Positions 8,127 to 17,598 of a DNA stretch of 64,000 nt are shown here, piece by piece. Origin of the DNA: a virus (taxonomy: Duplodnaviria; Caudoviricetes). Every line of letters begins with the position of its first letter. Position 1 is the stretch's first letter. The stretch is taken from the IMG/VR virus record IMGVR_UViG_3300025141_000018; one strand, given 5' to 3'. A model generated the notes under the pieces. The model ran no database searches. It saw only the letters and a list, made by a program, of their open reading frames with translations, and was not told the DNA's origin. The position numbers were made by a program, and so were the translations under genes.

Positions 8127-8956
8127 TTAATATTCCATTTACAATCGTTAAATGTTAGCAAAAAGTTTCCCCATATGAAATCCTTATGCTCATCTAATTT
8201 GTGTCTTAATTCTATAAAGTCGAAAAACTCAAAGAAACTTGGTGCGTCATTAACTACTTTTTCGTTTGTAAAAAAGAAATAATAATCATCTGGTACTCCT
8301 TTTTTAAAGACTTTACGGTCATATTTCGTCTTAATATACTTTGCACTATTATAACGTGTTTTATCAAAAACGTCAATATAATTCTTTCCAAATATAAAAA
8401 ATGATGTTTCTTCATTATATGTATAGTTGTTGTTTGTAATTGCTAAAAACTTTTCTGCATTACCATTAGGTTCTAATTCATAATTATAATATGTATAAAA
8501 AACATTAATATATTCTTGGCTTTGCATTAAAACCCATTGTCGTGTATCACCAGGATGTATTACCCATCCGCCATGAGTTTGTTGTGTAGCAAATATTGGA
8601 CATCGTTGCCCTTCCTGTTTTATATTATCTATTTGCCAAAAAAACTTTTGCCACCAAGTAATCGATTTATCATAATATTCATTTAATCGTAATGGTTGTT
8701 GCCAACTACCATAATCAAGTTTTCTATTCATTTGTTGCACTATATCTTTATGGGCCCAAATTACATCCCATTCTACATCCGCAAGATAATTTAAATTTTC
8801 TTGCATCCATGAGTAACTTGTATTATGTTTTACTGCAAATTCAAAATATTCGTTTATAGGTACTTGTGCAATACGTACTTTAGTAGATGTATTTTCTATT
8901 AACTTAAAGTATTTTTCTAAATAATCTGTTTTGCTATCTAATTCCATATGCAACAA
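8105..8956 (-). CDS. hypothetical protein, ParB/sulfiredoxin-like motif (paralog A)
   Basis: WWQKFFW...P...VIHPGDTRQW shared with neighbour. Confidence 0.5.
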   Translation of the reverse strand: MLHMELDSKTDYLEKYFKLIENTSTKVRIAQVPINEYFEFAVKHNTSYSWMQENLNYLADVEWDVIWAHKDIVQQMNRKLDYGSWQQPLRLNEYYDKSITWWQKFFWQIDNIKQEGQRCPIFATQQTHGGWVIHPGDTRQWVLMQSQEYINVFYTYYNYELEPNGNAEKFLAITNNNYTYNEETSFFIFGKNYIDVFDKTRYNSAKYIKTKYDRKVFKKGVPDDYYFFFTNEKVVNDAPSFFEFFDFIELRHKLDEHKDFIWGNFLLTFNDCKWNIKWHTRQN

Positions 8957-9866
8957 ACTTATCTAACTGTTTAATTAAATCTAAATTACCTATTTTTACA
9001 ATGTTATTTGAATGCATTTGTTCTTTAAGCCACACAACATTTCTATCTTGGAATACATTAATATAAAATTTCTCTAGAGGTGTTTCTGTATAATGTAATA
9101 TAAAACAATCTTTTTTATCTATATTATCGTATCCATGCTTCCATATTTTATCAACTTGTTTTGTCATCCATTCTTCAATATAATTTTCAAATCTAGGTGA
9201 GCTATGTTTTAAATTTGGAAATAAGTGTGGGTGCATACTTCTTTCTTTATCATATGGAAAGATTATATAAAATGTTCCTCTGTCTAACCATCCTGTTTTA
9301 AATAATGATTTAACACTATCCCTTGTTTTTATAATGTTTTTATATTCTAAATCAATTGGCCATACATTGTGATTATAAACAATAGCATTACATCCTATTG
9401 CATCTGATGCCATTAATGCCCATTTACGTGTACCGCCCGGATGAATATTATATCTAGGCATATCGTCTGTTTTGCTCCAAGGCATGCATTGCACAGGATC
9501 AAGCATGTATTTGTCTGTGTTAAACTCATGCATTAACCAAAAGAATTTTTGCCACCACCATATACTAGAATCCAAATAAGGATTATTTCTAACTTTAGAA
9601 GATTCGCTAATACTAATTTTTTTATCTTTGGTGATTTCTAAATATGCACTAAACGATTCCCAATCAACATTATACAATCTATTTGCAAAATCTAGTATTT
9701 CGTTTTCGGAACGGGTTAATAAACCAGCAAGTTTTTTTCTAGATAACTCAATAATTCCTAATTCAATATTATTATTATCTAGACAATCTATTAGATAATC
9801 TATTGCTATGTCATTATACTGATTTAATGACTGGACATCGTTGTATGTATTCCTTGTACGGCTCAT
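8934..9866 (-). CDS. hypothetical protein, ParB/sulfiredoxin-like motif (paralog B)
   Basis: WWQKFFW...DP...NIHPGGTRKW. Confidence 0.5.
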   Translation of the reverse strand: MSRTRNTYNDVQSLNQYNDIAIDYLIDCLDNNNIELGIIELSRKKLAGLLTRSENEILDFANRLYNVDWESFSAYLEITKDKKISISESSKVRNNPYLDSSIWWWQKFFWLMHEFNTDKYMLDPVQCMPWSKTDDMPRYNIHPGGTRKWALMASDAIGCNAIVYNHNVWPIDLEYKNIIKTRDSVKSLFKTGWLDRGTFYIIFPYDKERSMHPHLFPNLKHSSPRFENYIEEWMTKQVDKIWKHGYDNIDKKDCFILHYTETPLEKFYINVFQDRNVVWLKEQMHSNNIVKIGNLDLIKQLDKFVAYGIR

Positions 9867-10323
9867 TGTGTATTGATATTTGCATTTGCCATCGTTGTTC
9901 TTTTATAGGACGGACTTGGTGAATTGCTTGGGCATTGAATGCAATAGGTGTTGTATAAACAATGCTTTCTATTATATTAAACTCATTATCTAATAGTTCT
10001 ATAGGATCATGAAATGTTGTCAAAGGTATTATAATGCCTACAGTACGTTGGTTATCTTTGTGCCTAGCAAAAGTAAACATTGGTTCAAAAAATTTAAAAA
10101 ATATACGTCCTTCATGTATCTCTTCACCTAACTGTTTATATATACTAAGTATTTCTTTATTTGAAGTAAAGTCTTCGTATATTTCAGGACGTATATTGGG
10201 TCGTAATTCTAAATGAGGACTACCCCAGCCCCCGCCTTTTTTATACCAACTATCTTTATACTTTAAACAAAAGTCTACGATAGGTTGTTTATTGTATTCT
10301 ATATCAAGATATACATATTGCAT
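9814..10323 (-). CDS. 2OG-Fe(II) oxygenase-like protein
   Basis: HxD (RHKD) ... HQV ... R facial-triad pattern. Confidence 0.6.
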   Translation of the reverse strand: MQYVYLDIEYNKQPIVDFCLKYKDSWYKKGGGWGSPHLELRPNIRPEIYEDFTSNKEILSIYKQLGEEIHEGRIFFKFFEPMFTFARHKDNQRTVGIIIPLTTFHDPIELLDNEFNIIESIVYTTPIAFNAQAIHQVRPIKEQRWQMQISIHNEPYKEYIQRCPVIKSV

Positions 10324-10616
10324 TAAGTAGTGCCATTTAATATTGCTTCGGCTTCTTTCTTATCCTTAAACGCCTCTAACCTTTCTTGTTCGAGATCTTC
10401 AAGAACTTCTTTCATCTCTGGATTAACCCATCGATGGTGCCAATCACAATCTGGAGTTGATATTTCAACATAGGTGCCGTCAGGTAATTTTTTACCTACT
10501 CTTCTGCCACCATGTTTGTTCTTTTTTTTCTTTTCAGTAGCCCGCTCTTTTTCTATCATGTGACGCCACTGCGGAGTACCTTCATCTCTTGCGTCTTTAT
10601 ATATTTTTGTTCCCAT
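10323..10616 (-). CDS. hypothetical protein
   Basis: 97-aa ORF abutting neighbours. Confidence 0.6.
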   Translation of the reverse strand: MGTKIYKDARDEGTPQWRHMIEKERATEKKKKNKHGGRRVGKKLPDGTYVEISTPDCDWHHRWVNPEMKEVLEDLEQERLEAFKDKKEAEAILNGTT

Positions 10617-10783
10617 TAATGAAAATCTCTAAATTCTAAATCTTTAAGTTTATGTGCCACATCGTCGACTTTATCTTGCCACTTATAATAGTCGGCGGCG
10701 CTCTTAGCCTCCTTAACCATGCGAAAACCTTCGTTAAGTTGTCTGATAAGCTCTTGTTTTTTTCTTTTCTTTTCGCTAATCAT
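10616..10783 (-). CDS. 55-aa hypothetical protein (below cutoff)
   Basis: MISEKKRKKQELIRQLNEGFRMVKEAKSAADYYKWQDKVDDVAHKLKDLEFRDFH fills the gap with overlapping start/stop at both ends. Confidence 0.6.
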   Translation of the reverse strand: MISEKKRKKQELIRQLNEGFRMVKEAKSAADYYKWQDKVDDVAHKLKDLEFRDFH

Positions 10784-11634
10784 ATTTCTCCTTTAGCTCT
10801 TGCTATCATGTCACTCGCATAATGATTTTTTATTTCTTCGAAATGACTTTCTTCAACTGTTTTATTGTACCCATCTGCTCGCCACAGACTAACTCTGAAA
10901 TCAACAGGCATTGCTCCTAATATAGGATAAAAATGAGTACTACTGTTAATGCCTAAAAATGGCCAGGTTACATGTGTTATGTGATTTGGCACTCCATTTA
11001 AGCATGATAGTTTTAGTTTGTCTTTAGTTAATAGTTTCTTTAATTGCCCATTTAATTTGCCTGCATAGTTTTTCCAACTCTTAAATGTACTTACACTTAT
11101 TAAGTCACCTAAATAAGGTAGTCCGCATTTAAAGTTTAACCATGGTACAAAAATTGCATGTTCAGTCCTTGTTTCATTTCTAATAGCAATAAAAAGAGTC
11201 ATCCATTTATTTTTATCTATTGGGCATAATATTGTATCAAACCGTGTACGTATTACGTAATCATACTCAATGCCTGAACTGAGTAGAAGGTCAGTTGCTA
11301 ATCCTGTGCTTAAAAACTGGCCTACATGTGGTCCATGTTTAAACCAGCCTAGTACATGATCTTCTACAAATTTTGTTCTTGCGTCTATACTATTATATCG
11401 CTCAATTGGTTCCCACCAATCTTCGTAATAGTCATCAAAATTATCTATTTGAACGTTGTTTGTTTTCCATTCATTTTGTATTCGTTGTCGCAACTCTGGT
11501 GAATTATCATCCCAAGAATGAATATAGAAATCCATCTCATAATGATCACCATGCGGCGAGCATTTATTATGAAACCACCATGCACCTTCGTGTAAACACC
11601 GAGGCATGCCCATTACTAATACTGCAACTTTCAT
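10780..11634 (-). CDS. putative glycosyltransferase-like protein
   Basis: KVAVLVMGMPR, DFYIHSW, YDYVIRTRFD pattern. Confidence 0.5.
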   Translation of the reverse strand: MKVAVLVMGMPRCLHEGAWWFHNKCSPHGDHYEMDFYIHSWDDNSPELRQRIQNEWKTNNVQIDNFDDYYEDWWEPIERYNSIDARTKFVEDHVLGWFKHGPHVGQFLSTGLATDLLLSSGIEYDYVIRTRFDTILCPIDKNKWMTLFIAIRNETRTEHAIFVPWLNFKCGLPYLGDLISVSTFKSWKNYAGKLNGQLKKLLTKDKLKLSCLNGVPNHITHVTWPFLGINSSTHFYPILGAMPVDFRVSLWRADGYNKTVEESHFEEIKNHYASDMIARAKGEI

Positions 11635-11888
11635 AACGTATTAATAGCAATCCAGATTAAAAGTAAGTTAGCCATAGCAAGTTCAGCGGCCAATAATGTA
11701 TGATACCATACCCATCTAGATTCGTACTTTCTATCTCGTTTAATTTCTAGTTGTGCCTTCTTCTTGGTTAGTTCTTCTTCCTCGACAACCTCGGCCGAAG
11801 GCATCCATAAATTAGTCCATTTTTCACTTAACTTTTTTAACATGCTATTATTTACTAGACTTCTTACGAATCGGCTTATTAAGTGCAA
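11631..11888 (-). CDS. small membrane protein
   Basis: C-terminal hydrophobic helix. Confidence 0.5.
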   Translation of the reverse strand: MHLISRFVRSLVNNSMLKKLSEKWTNLWMPSAEVVEEEELTKKKAQLEIKRDRKYESRWVWYHTLLAAELAMANLLLIWIAINTL

Positions 11889-12432
11889 CCCCGTCGTACC
11901 CTTCGTTCCAATCTGTTAATTTAGGATGTTCAAGGGGTGAAGACCACCATGCTTCCCAAGGAAAGTGTATCCATATATTCTCTGAGTCTTTAGCACAATC
12001 TCGTACCCAATATTGAGGTTTAAATTCTACTTCATTATTCCACCAAAGAGATGCAAAACGTATGTCGCATTCCTGAGCCCAAGGATGCATAGGTTCGCTA
12101 TTATCTCTGCGTCTAGCATCAATAAATCCTTGCATCTTTTCAAATGTTTCGCCACTATCACAAATGTCATCAACAATTAGTACTTTATTATCCGAGGGTT
12201 TTGGTAGGTAGGTATCCCAATGTGGGAAGTCTCTTAAACTTGCATGTACAGGCTTAAAAGGAAGGTTAAACCAATGCGAAAGCATAACGCCCGGTGTTAA
12301 ACCTCCACGTGATAACCCAACTATAACATCGGGTGTGAATTCATCTATTGCTAGTTGCCTTATAAGGGCATTTGTATCTAGCATCATATCTTTCCAACTA
12401 TACCATATAAACTTTGTCTGTGCTGACATCAT
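11848..12432 (-). CDS. type I phosphoribosyltransferase (Gpt/Hpt-like)
   Basis: VGLSRGG and PRPP-binding LIVDDICDSGET; W-I-H-F-P-W-E. Confidence 0.88.
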   Translation of the reverse strand: MMSAQTKFIWYSWKDMMLDTNALIRQLAIDEFTPDVIVGLSRGGLTPGVMLSHWFNLPFKPVHASLRDFPHWDTYLPKPSDNKVLIVDDICDSGETFEKMQGFIDARRRDNSEPMHPWAQECDIRFASLWWNNEVEFKPQYWVRDCAKDSENIWIHFPWEAWWSSPLEHPKLTDWNEGYDGVALNKPIRKKSSK

Positions 12433-13679
12433 ATCTCCTTGATTAAATTGTGTAACTCTGGTATATAATCTTTTAAATGTTTATTATAAACTGTATCTTG
12501 TACTTTATAATGTGTCTTAAAAGTATTAAAATATTCTTCATTAAATTTTGCATTCCTAAGTGCGGTCACGGCATTCATGCTTACACTATTTTCATGTTCT
12601 TTATTGTATATTAATATTTTTTCTAATGCGTTGTTTTTTACTGTCTGAGGAATTGCGTACAGGCCTGTCCATTCAGGTTCGGATACCCAATTTGGTAATA
12701 ATATATCTAAATTGTTATCATTGCACCATGTCCAGATATTAGTAATATCTAAAATATTAAAAATTGTTGTTGCAGTTTCAACATGGATTTCTTCGACATA
12801 GTCTTTAAATTTGTTAACATTACTATTTACTACATTCCAGTCGCCCGGGTGCCTTATATAATTGTATGTGTCGCCAATACCATCTATGCTAAGAACAAAC
12901 CAAGTCTTTTTAAATTTAGATAATTCATTATATATTTTTTTATTAAACAAAGTACCGTTAGTTGTTATTTGTACTACGCAATCTTTATTAAGTTGTTTAA
13001 GTACATTAACAAGTTCCGGTATTAACATTGGTTCCCCTCCAGTAATATTGAGTTCATATAATTCTCCACATGCTTCAATTAAACTTGATAGGAATTTTTT
13101 CTGTTGCCACCAACGACTACTTTGTACTGTTATACTTTCTTTTGATTGGCGTATAGGTTCTTTCCACCTTGCATCTTTAAATGCTTGTTGATTTTCATCT
13201 ACAATTTGTGACCACATGCTAGAACTTATAGGACTACACATTCTACATGCAAGATTACAGGTAGATCCAAAACGTATATCAATTTGCTTTATGGGAGTAT
13301 CAACATGTGTGCCTTGCTTAACAATGTTGAATATTTCAATTGGTGAGTATCCGTGCCAGGATGTTTCGACTGCCTTATCAAGAGCCAATTGGCGTTTACT
13401 GCGAACACCATTTAATTCTCGCTTATAGCATATTTCACAAGATCTATGCCACTTTCCAGCAAGCATAGTTGCTCGTACTTCTTTTGCATGTTTAGAATTC
13501 CAAAAGGATTGGATAGATGTATCTTTTACAGATAACGGAAGGCCATTTCGTTGTTCGCAACAATGACTAAGGGTGCATTCTATGCCAACATGAACTGTGG
13601 TCCAAGGCCATGGACAAATTGTTTTGCTAAAATCATGCAGGCTCGGCATCTGAGGTAGCCAATACTGATTTTGCTTCAA
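12429..13679 (-). CDS. radical SAM protein with N-terminal Cys-rich (twitch-like) domain
   Basis: CPWPW..HCC..CEIC then CNLACRMC, ITGGEP, TTNGT, SIDG. Confidence 0.9.
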   Translation of the reverse strand: MKQNQYWLPQMPSLHDFSKTICPWPWTTVHVGIECTLSHCCEQRNGLPLSVKDTSIQSFWNSKHAKEVRATMLAGKWHRSCEICYKRELNGVRSKRQLALDKAVETSWHGYSPIEIFNIVKQGTHVDTPIKQIDIRFGSTCNLACRMCSPISSSMWSQIVDENQQAFKDARWKEPIRQSKESITVQSSRWWQQKKFLSSLIEACGELYELNITGGEPMLIPELVNVLKQLNKDCVVQITTNGTLFNKKIYNELSKFKKTWFVLSIDGIGDTYNYIRHPGDWNVVNSNVNKFKDYVEEIHVETATTIFNILDITNIWTWCNDNNLDILLPNWVSEPEWTGLYAIPQTVKNNALEKILIYNKEHENSVSMNAVTALRNAKFNEEYFNTFKTHYKVQDTVYNKHLKDYIPELHNLIKEI

Positions 13680-13929
13680 CCATACGTGTAACTATTTTAC
13701 CCTTATCAGTTCGTATTTCACGAGTCCAACGCCCATGGTCGACTAGCATATATTCGCCTACTTTAATATCAAATACTTCTGGGCCGATTGCTTTACATTT
13801 AAACCAACGTGGTCGAATGCCTTCATCTTTGCCGTCGTCATCCATTAAAATAACGCCTGCTTTAGTTACTCTTTCGCCTTTATCAATAAGTTCGGCTAAA
13901 ACTTTTCCTCTAAGTGGTTTTATATCCAT
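13633..13929 (-). CDS. groS: GroES-like co-chaperonin
   Basis: IKPLRGKVL, T..GVIL, IGP..DIKVGE; start moved to MDIKPL. Confidence 0.8.
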   Translation of the reverse strand: MDIKPLRGKVLAELIDKGERVTKAGVILMDDDGKDEGIRPRWFKCKAIGPEVFDIKVGEYMLVDHGRWTREIRTDKGKIVTRMVEAKSVLATSDAEPA

Positions 13930-13958
13930 TGTTTTATGTGTAATATGGTTTCTTAAAT

Positions 13959-14363
13959 TCATTTTTTACTCTTGGTTTTAGTAGTAGTAGTAGATTTTAC
14001 AGGTTCCTTTTTTATTTCTCTAACTTGTATACTACCATCAGCAAATTCAACCTCCTGGTACATTTTGCCATCTTTCCCTTCGTATTCATTAAGTATGTGT
14101 CCTTCGTCGATTTTTTCTTCCTCAGTCGCGATATCCGGATCACCAAAATTTTCTTTAATATTAACTTCTTCGACTTGTGGTTTTTCTATAACTGCTTGGC
14201 GAGTTTTTGCAACCTCTGAATAAGGTTTAATAACAACATCGCCCTTTACTACATCACCACGAGCATTAACTGGTATATTACCAATTGCTCGAGTTTCCTG
14301 ATGTGCATCCGACAACTCTTGCATGTTAATAGTTCTGCCTTTATTTGTCTTTACTTCTCTCAT
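13959..14363 (-). CDS. hypothetical protein
   Basis: 134-aa ORF coupled to neighbours. Confidence 0.65.
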   Translation of the reverse strand: MREVKTNKGRTINMQELSDAHQETRAIGNIPVNARGDVVKGDVVIKPYSEVAKTRQAVIEKPQVEEVNIKENFGDPDIATEEEKIDEGHILNEYEGKDGKMYQEVEFADGSIQVREIKKEPVKSTTTTKTKSKK

Positions 14364-14803
14364 CTTAAAAACTCCTTAATATCTAAATTGTATTTAATGC
14401 TATTAACTTTGTGTACTCCTAGCAAATATAAGCAGTAACTACCTACACTACTACCTCTACCGACCCCAAGTGCAACATTATTTTCTTTGCATTTATCTAC
14501 AAAGTATTTTAAAAAACGTAACAAATTAATTAAGTCACGTGCTTTAAATAAGTCTAATTCTTCTGTTACTCTATTACGTTCTAAATCGTTTTGTGTTTTA
14601 TCTAACAAAAATTGTTCTATATTAAAATCTTCATAATTATCTGGCATCCACCATGTAGTACTTCGATATTCGTCTGCCTCTGGTGTTTTGAAAATATCTG
14701 TTTTATCTTCAACACAAAAATCCCAAGGCTGTATATCATTTAATAATACCTTGACTGCTTCGTTTTCTGTGTATATGGGATTTAAATCTTTATCTAATCT
14801 CAT
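14360..14803 (-). CDS. dnaE: DNA polymerase III alpha-like fragment (GRGS half of the palm)
   Basis: GVGRGSSVGSYCLYLLGV...KYNLDIKEFLR matches DnaE GRGS..FERFL region. Confidence 0.8.
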   Translation of the reverse strand: MRLDKDLNPIYTENEAVKVLLNDIQPWDFCVEDKTDIFKTPEADEYRSTTWWMPDNYEDFNIEQFLLDKTQNDLERNRVTEELDLFKARDLINLLRFLKYFVDKCKENNVALGVGRGSSVGSYCLYLLGVHKVNSIKYNLDIKEFLR

Positions 14804-15027
14804 GTACTAATTAACTCGTCGTATGTATCTTGCTCGTCTTCATCTTTTGCATTTTTACGAAGGCGTTCATTAATAGCATCGTCAATAGTATCTAAAGTAA
14901 TATGCATTTGATTTACGGCTCCAGAGCGGGCAATGCCCGCCTGTTGAAGTTTTGTAATAACATTACGCTTCATCTCTTGGAGCTCTTCTAAATTTTTATT
15001 TGTTAAATCTAATAATGGATTAAACAT
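14800..15027 (-). CDS. hypothetical protein
   Basis: 75-aa ORF, coupled. Confidence 0.6.
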   Translation of the reverse strand: MFNPLLDLTNKNLEELQEMKRNVITKLQQAGIARSGAVNQMHITLDTIDDAINERLRKNAKDEDEQDTYDELIST

Positions 15028-15287
15028 TAGAATGATAATCTAATTAAAACGTTAACTTCTTTTTGATTTCCGTCAAATATCCAAAACTTTACTTTTAACG
15101 GATATCTGTCCTCATGGTAATCTTGGAACTTCCTAAGGCGTTTAACTATTCCCTTAGGACCTTTCCACCTATTCTTACCACAAACTCTATTTAATATCCC
15201 CACGGCCCGATAGAATTGTTCTAAAGTTTCGATAGACAATTCTATCGGGATAATGGGTATCTCTTTGTATTCACTCATAATTCGCAT
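15027..15287 (-). CDS. hypothetical protein
   Basis: 86-aa ORF, coupled. Confidence 0.6.
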   Translation of the reverse strand: MRIMSEYKEIPIIPIELSIETLEQFYRAVGILNRVCGKNRWKGPKGIVKRLRKFQDYHEDRYPLKVKFWIFDGNQKEVNVLIRLSF

Positions 15288-15404
15288 ATTTGTTTTCGCG
15301 GGATCGCAATGAGAGCCCGCATTAAAGGTAACCTTGCCAAAGGGTTTTAGCTATGTCAATTATCGGGTGTTTTTTTCATACAAAAATCTTTCCTTTGTTA
15401 GTTG

Positions 15405-16115
15405 TTAGTTGTCATCTGGTCTAGTTATTTGAAACATGTTACATTCAAATCCCTTTCCGGTAGTGTCTCCGCCTATGTTATCCAATTCCATTGGTTCGTC
15501 AGGTTTCTCACCAGGGTTAATGTAACCTATACTTTGTAAAAAACTATTACCATCTAAATCTATTGTGTTGAATACTAATCGCCGTACGTCAAATTCTTCG
15601 CCTTCGTCCAATGTCATTGTTGCGTCTATAAATCCGCCCTTTTCGCTACTATATGCAGTAAAGTAATAGCCTGGTTCATAACAATAGTTATGCCCTTCAT
15701 GTGTATATACTTCTCCTTGTTCACGAATCATTTCATCTTCGAGCCAATAGCCTTTGCCGATATCGTCGAATTCGCCTTCATCTGCTTCTTCATACTTTTG
15801 TTTTATTTGATATATATCATCATAATTTACTGTTGTATCGTCTGGTAATTCAATATCCATATATGCACTATCTAAATCGACGCCGTATTCATGTGCTACA
15901 TTATCACATTCGTACCAACCTTCGCCATTTAGAAAGTCCATATCTTCGGGGATACGATTTTCTTCTACATAATCGGCCGCATCCCAACAGTATGCTTCTA
16001 GTGCTTCTGCTCCAAGTGTTTGCCAGTAATCATATTGTTCTGCTGTAATTTCACCTAGTACAAATTCGCCACCATAGCCACCGATATACATCTTGACTTC
16101 TTTTTCATTGCTCAT
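15405..16115 (-). CDS. highly acidic hypothetical protein
   Basis: about a quarter of residues are D/E. Confidence 0.7.
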   Translation of the reverse strand: MSNEKEVKMYIGGYGGEFVLGEITAEQYDYWQTLGAEALEAYCWDAADYVEENRIPEDMDFLNGEGWYECDNVAHEYGVDLDSAYMDIELPDDTTVNYDDIYQIKQKYEEADEGEFDDIGKGYWLEDEMIREQGEVYTHEGHNYCYEPGYYFTAYSSEKGGFIDATMTLDEGEEFDVRRLVFNTIDLDGNSFLQSIGYINPGEKPDEPMELDNIGGDTTGKGFECNMFQITRPDDN

Positions 16116-16561
16116 GTGTCGCTTTTTGATCTGTTCTCGCTACGTTCAACCGAAAACGCACCCTCAGGAAAACGTTCGAGAAGTTTGTCTTTATTACGTT
16201 GTATTACTTCGTTTGGATTTACTTCAAGAGCAGTACAGGCATTAGCCCAATACCATGCTACGTCACCTAGTTCTTTAATTAGTTTGTCTCTAAGTTCCGG
16301 GGTAATTTCTTTTCCTTGAAATAATATTTTTTTAACAATATCACCAAACTCGCCTCCTTCAGCCATCATACCAAATGCGGCTGTTACTAATCGTGGTATG
16401 TTTACATTAGTTTTTAAATGAGCATCTGACATTTCTAGTTCTGCTAATCTATGTAAAAAACTAGCATATTGTTTAGATGTGTCGCTCGTAATACTGTCTA
16501 CAAATTGTCTGTATTCTTCAAATGTTAATTGTGTCATATAATAGTTGTTTACGGCATCCAA
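16112..16561 (-). CDS. mazG: MazG-like NTP pyrophosphohydrolase
   Basis: AEGGEFGDIVKK...KELGDVAWY; NKDKLLERFP. Confidence 0.85.
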   Translation of the reverse strand: MDAVNNYYMTQLTFEEYRQFVDSITSDTSKQYASFLHRLAELEMSDAHLKTNVNIPRLVTAAFGMMAEGGEFGDIVKKILFQGKEITPELRDKLIKELGDVAWYWANACTALEVNPNEVIQRNKDKLLERFPEGAFSVERSENRSKSDT

Positions 16562-16905
16562 GCCGGTTTGTCTGAGAAAGACTCTTTAACATTAAAACTT
16601 GTAGAACATCCACAAGTTGAAGAAGCCTTAGGGTTTTCAAAACGTGGCCCTGGTGCCGATAAATCGGTTGCCCAGTCAATAGTTAAGCCATCTACTAATA
16701 AATGACTTTTTCTATCTACACATATTTTAACACCTAATTGTTCAAAAATCAAGTCTTTCTTTTCGGGTTCATCAAAGGTAAGTTTATATTCATAGCCTGC
16801 ACATCCTCCGCCAGTAACTGTTACTCGAAGATGTTTATCCAATGCTTCAGAATCTTCTGCCATTCTTGTAAAATTTTTACTTGCAATCGTTGTAAGATTA
16901 ATCAT
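16549..16905 (-). CDS. A-type Fe-S carrier (IscA/SufA/ErpA family)
   Basis: GGGCAG, C-terminal CGCSTSF; start moved to MINLTT. Confidence 0.92.
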   Translation of the reverse strand: MINLTTIASKNFTRMAEDSEALDKHLRVTVTGGGCAGYEYKLTFDEPEKKDLIFEQLGVKICVDRKSHLLVDGLTIDWATDLSAPGPRFENPKASSTCGCSTSFNVKESFSDKPAWMP

Positions 16906-17278
16906 CGTCGTTACCTGTTCCTGGTATCGGTAAAAAGTGTTCTTTCTTTTCAGGATCACCTTTATACTCTTTTTTGTGATTCCATTTATCTGCATCAGGT
17001 AATGGCCCTTTGTCTTTGCTAGTTAAATTAGGCCATATTTTACTATACTTAATATTTATATCTAGCCAGTATTTACGTTTTTCTTCGGGGGTATCTTTGT
17101 GTTTTTCGGGTATAATTGCATTTACAGGACATTCTGGTTTACATACACCACAATCAATACATTGTGTCTCGTGTATTACAATCATGTTCTCGCCTTCATA
17201 AAAGCAATCAACAGGACATACTTCTATGCAATCCAAATATTTGCACTTAATGCATTCTCCAGTTACTATAAATGTCAT
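16898..17278 (-). CDS. fdxA: 7Fe/2x[4Fe-4S] ferredoxin (FdxA type)
   Basis: [21 protein letters not shown]...[16 protein letters not shown]. Confidence 0.92.
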   Translation of the reverse strand: MTFIVTGECIKCKYLDCIEVCPVDCFYEGENMIVIHETQCIDCGVCKPECPVNAIIPEKHKDTPEEKRKYWLDINIKYSKIWPNLTSKDKGPLPDADKWNHKKEYKGDPEKKEHFLPIPGTGNDDD

Positions 17279-17598
17279 TCGTAATAGTATTCCATTGGTG
17301 GGTCATTCCACATGTCTAAATGTGCTTTTGCTTCTTCACTCATCATATGTTGTCCCCACGGAGGATCAAACGTAATTTCAACATTTGCACTTTCGACTTC
17401 ATCTATTATTAATACTGCTTCTTTAACCCATCGGGGTAATTCCTCTGCTACGGGACAGAAGGGACTTGTTAAACTCATTAATATTTTAACATCTTTTTCT
17501 AAAATGTCAACATTATATATTAACCCTAAATCATATACGTTTACAGGTATTTCAGGATCAAAGACTGTTTTTAATTGTTCTATTATTTTCTCTTTCAT
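17275..17598 (-). CDS. sufT: SufT/DUF59 (MIP18-family) Fe-S assembly protein
   Basis: [32 protein letters not shown]. Confidence 0.92.
   Translation of the reverse strand: MKEKIIEQLKTVFDPEIPVNVYDLGLIYNVDILEKDVKILMSLTSPFCPVAEELPRWVKEAVLIIDEVESANVEITFDPPWGQHMMSEEAKAHLDMWNDPPMEYYYE

Noticed and set aside
15288-15404. SAM-II or preQ1-like riboswitch (GATAATTGACATAGCTAAAA; GCGGG..CCCGC hairpin)
   Set aside because: Only the 3' half resembles SAM-II and no P1 stem could be built. Probably a terminator or plain hairpin.
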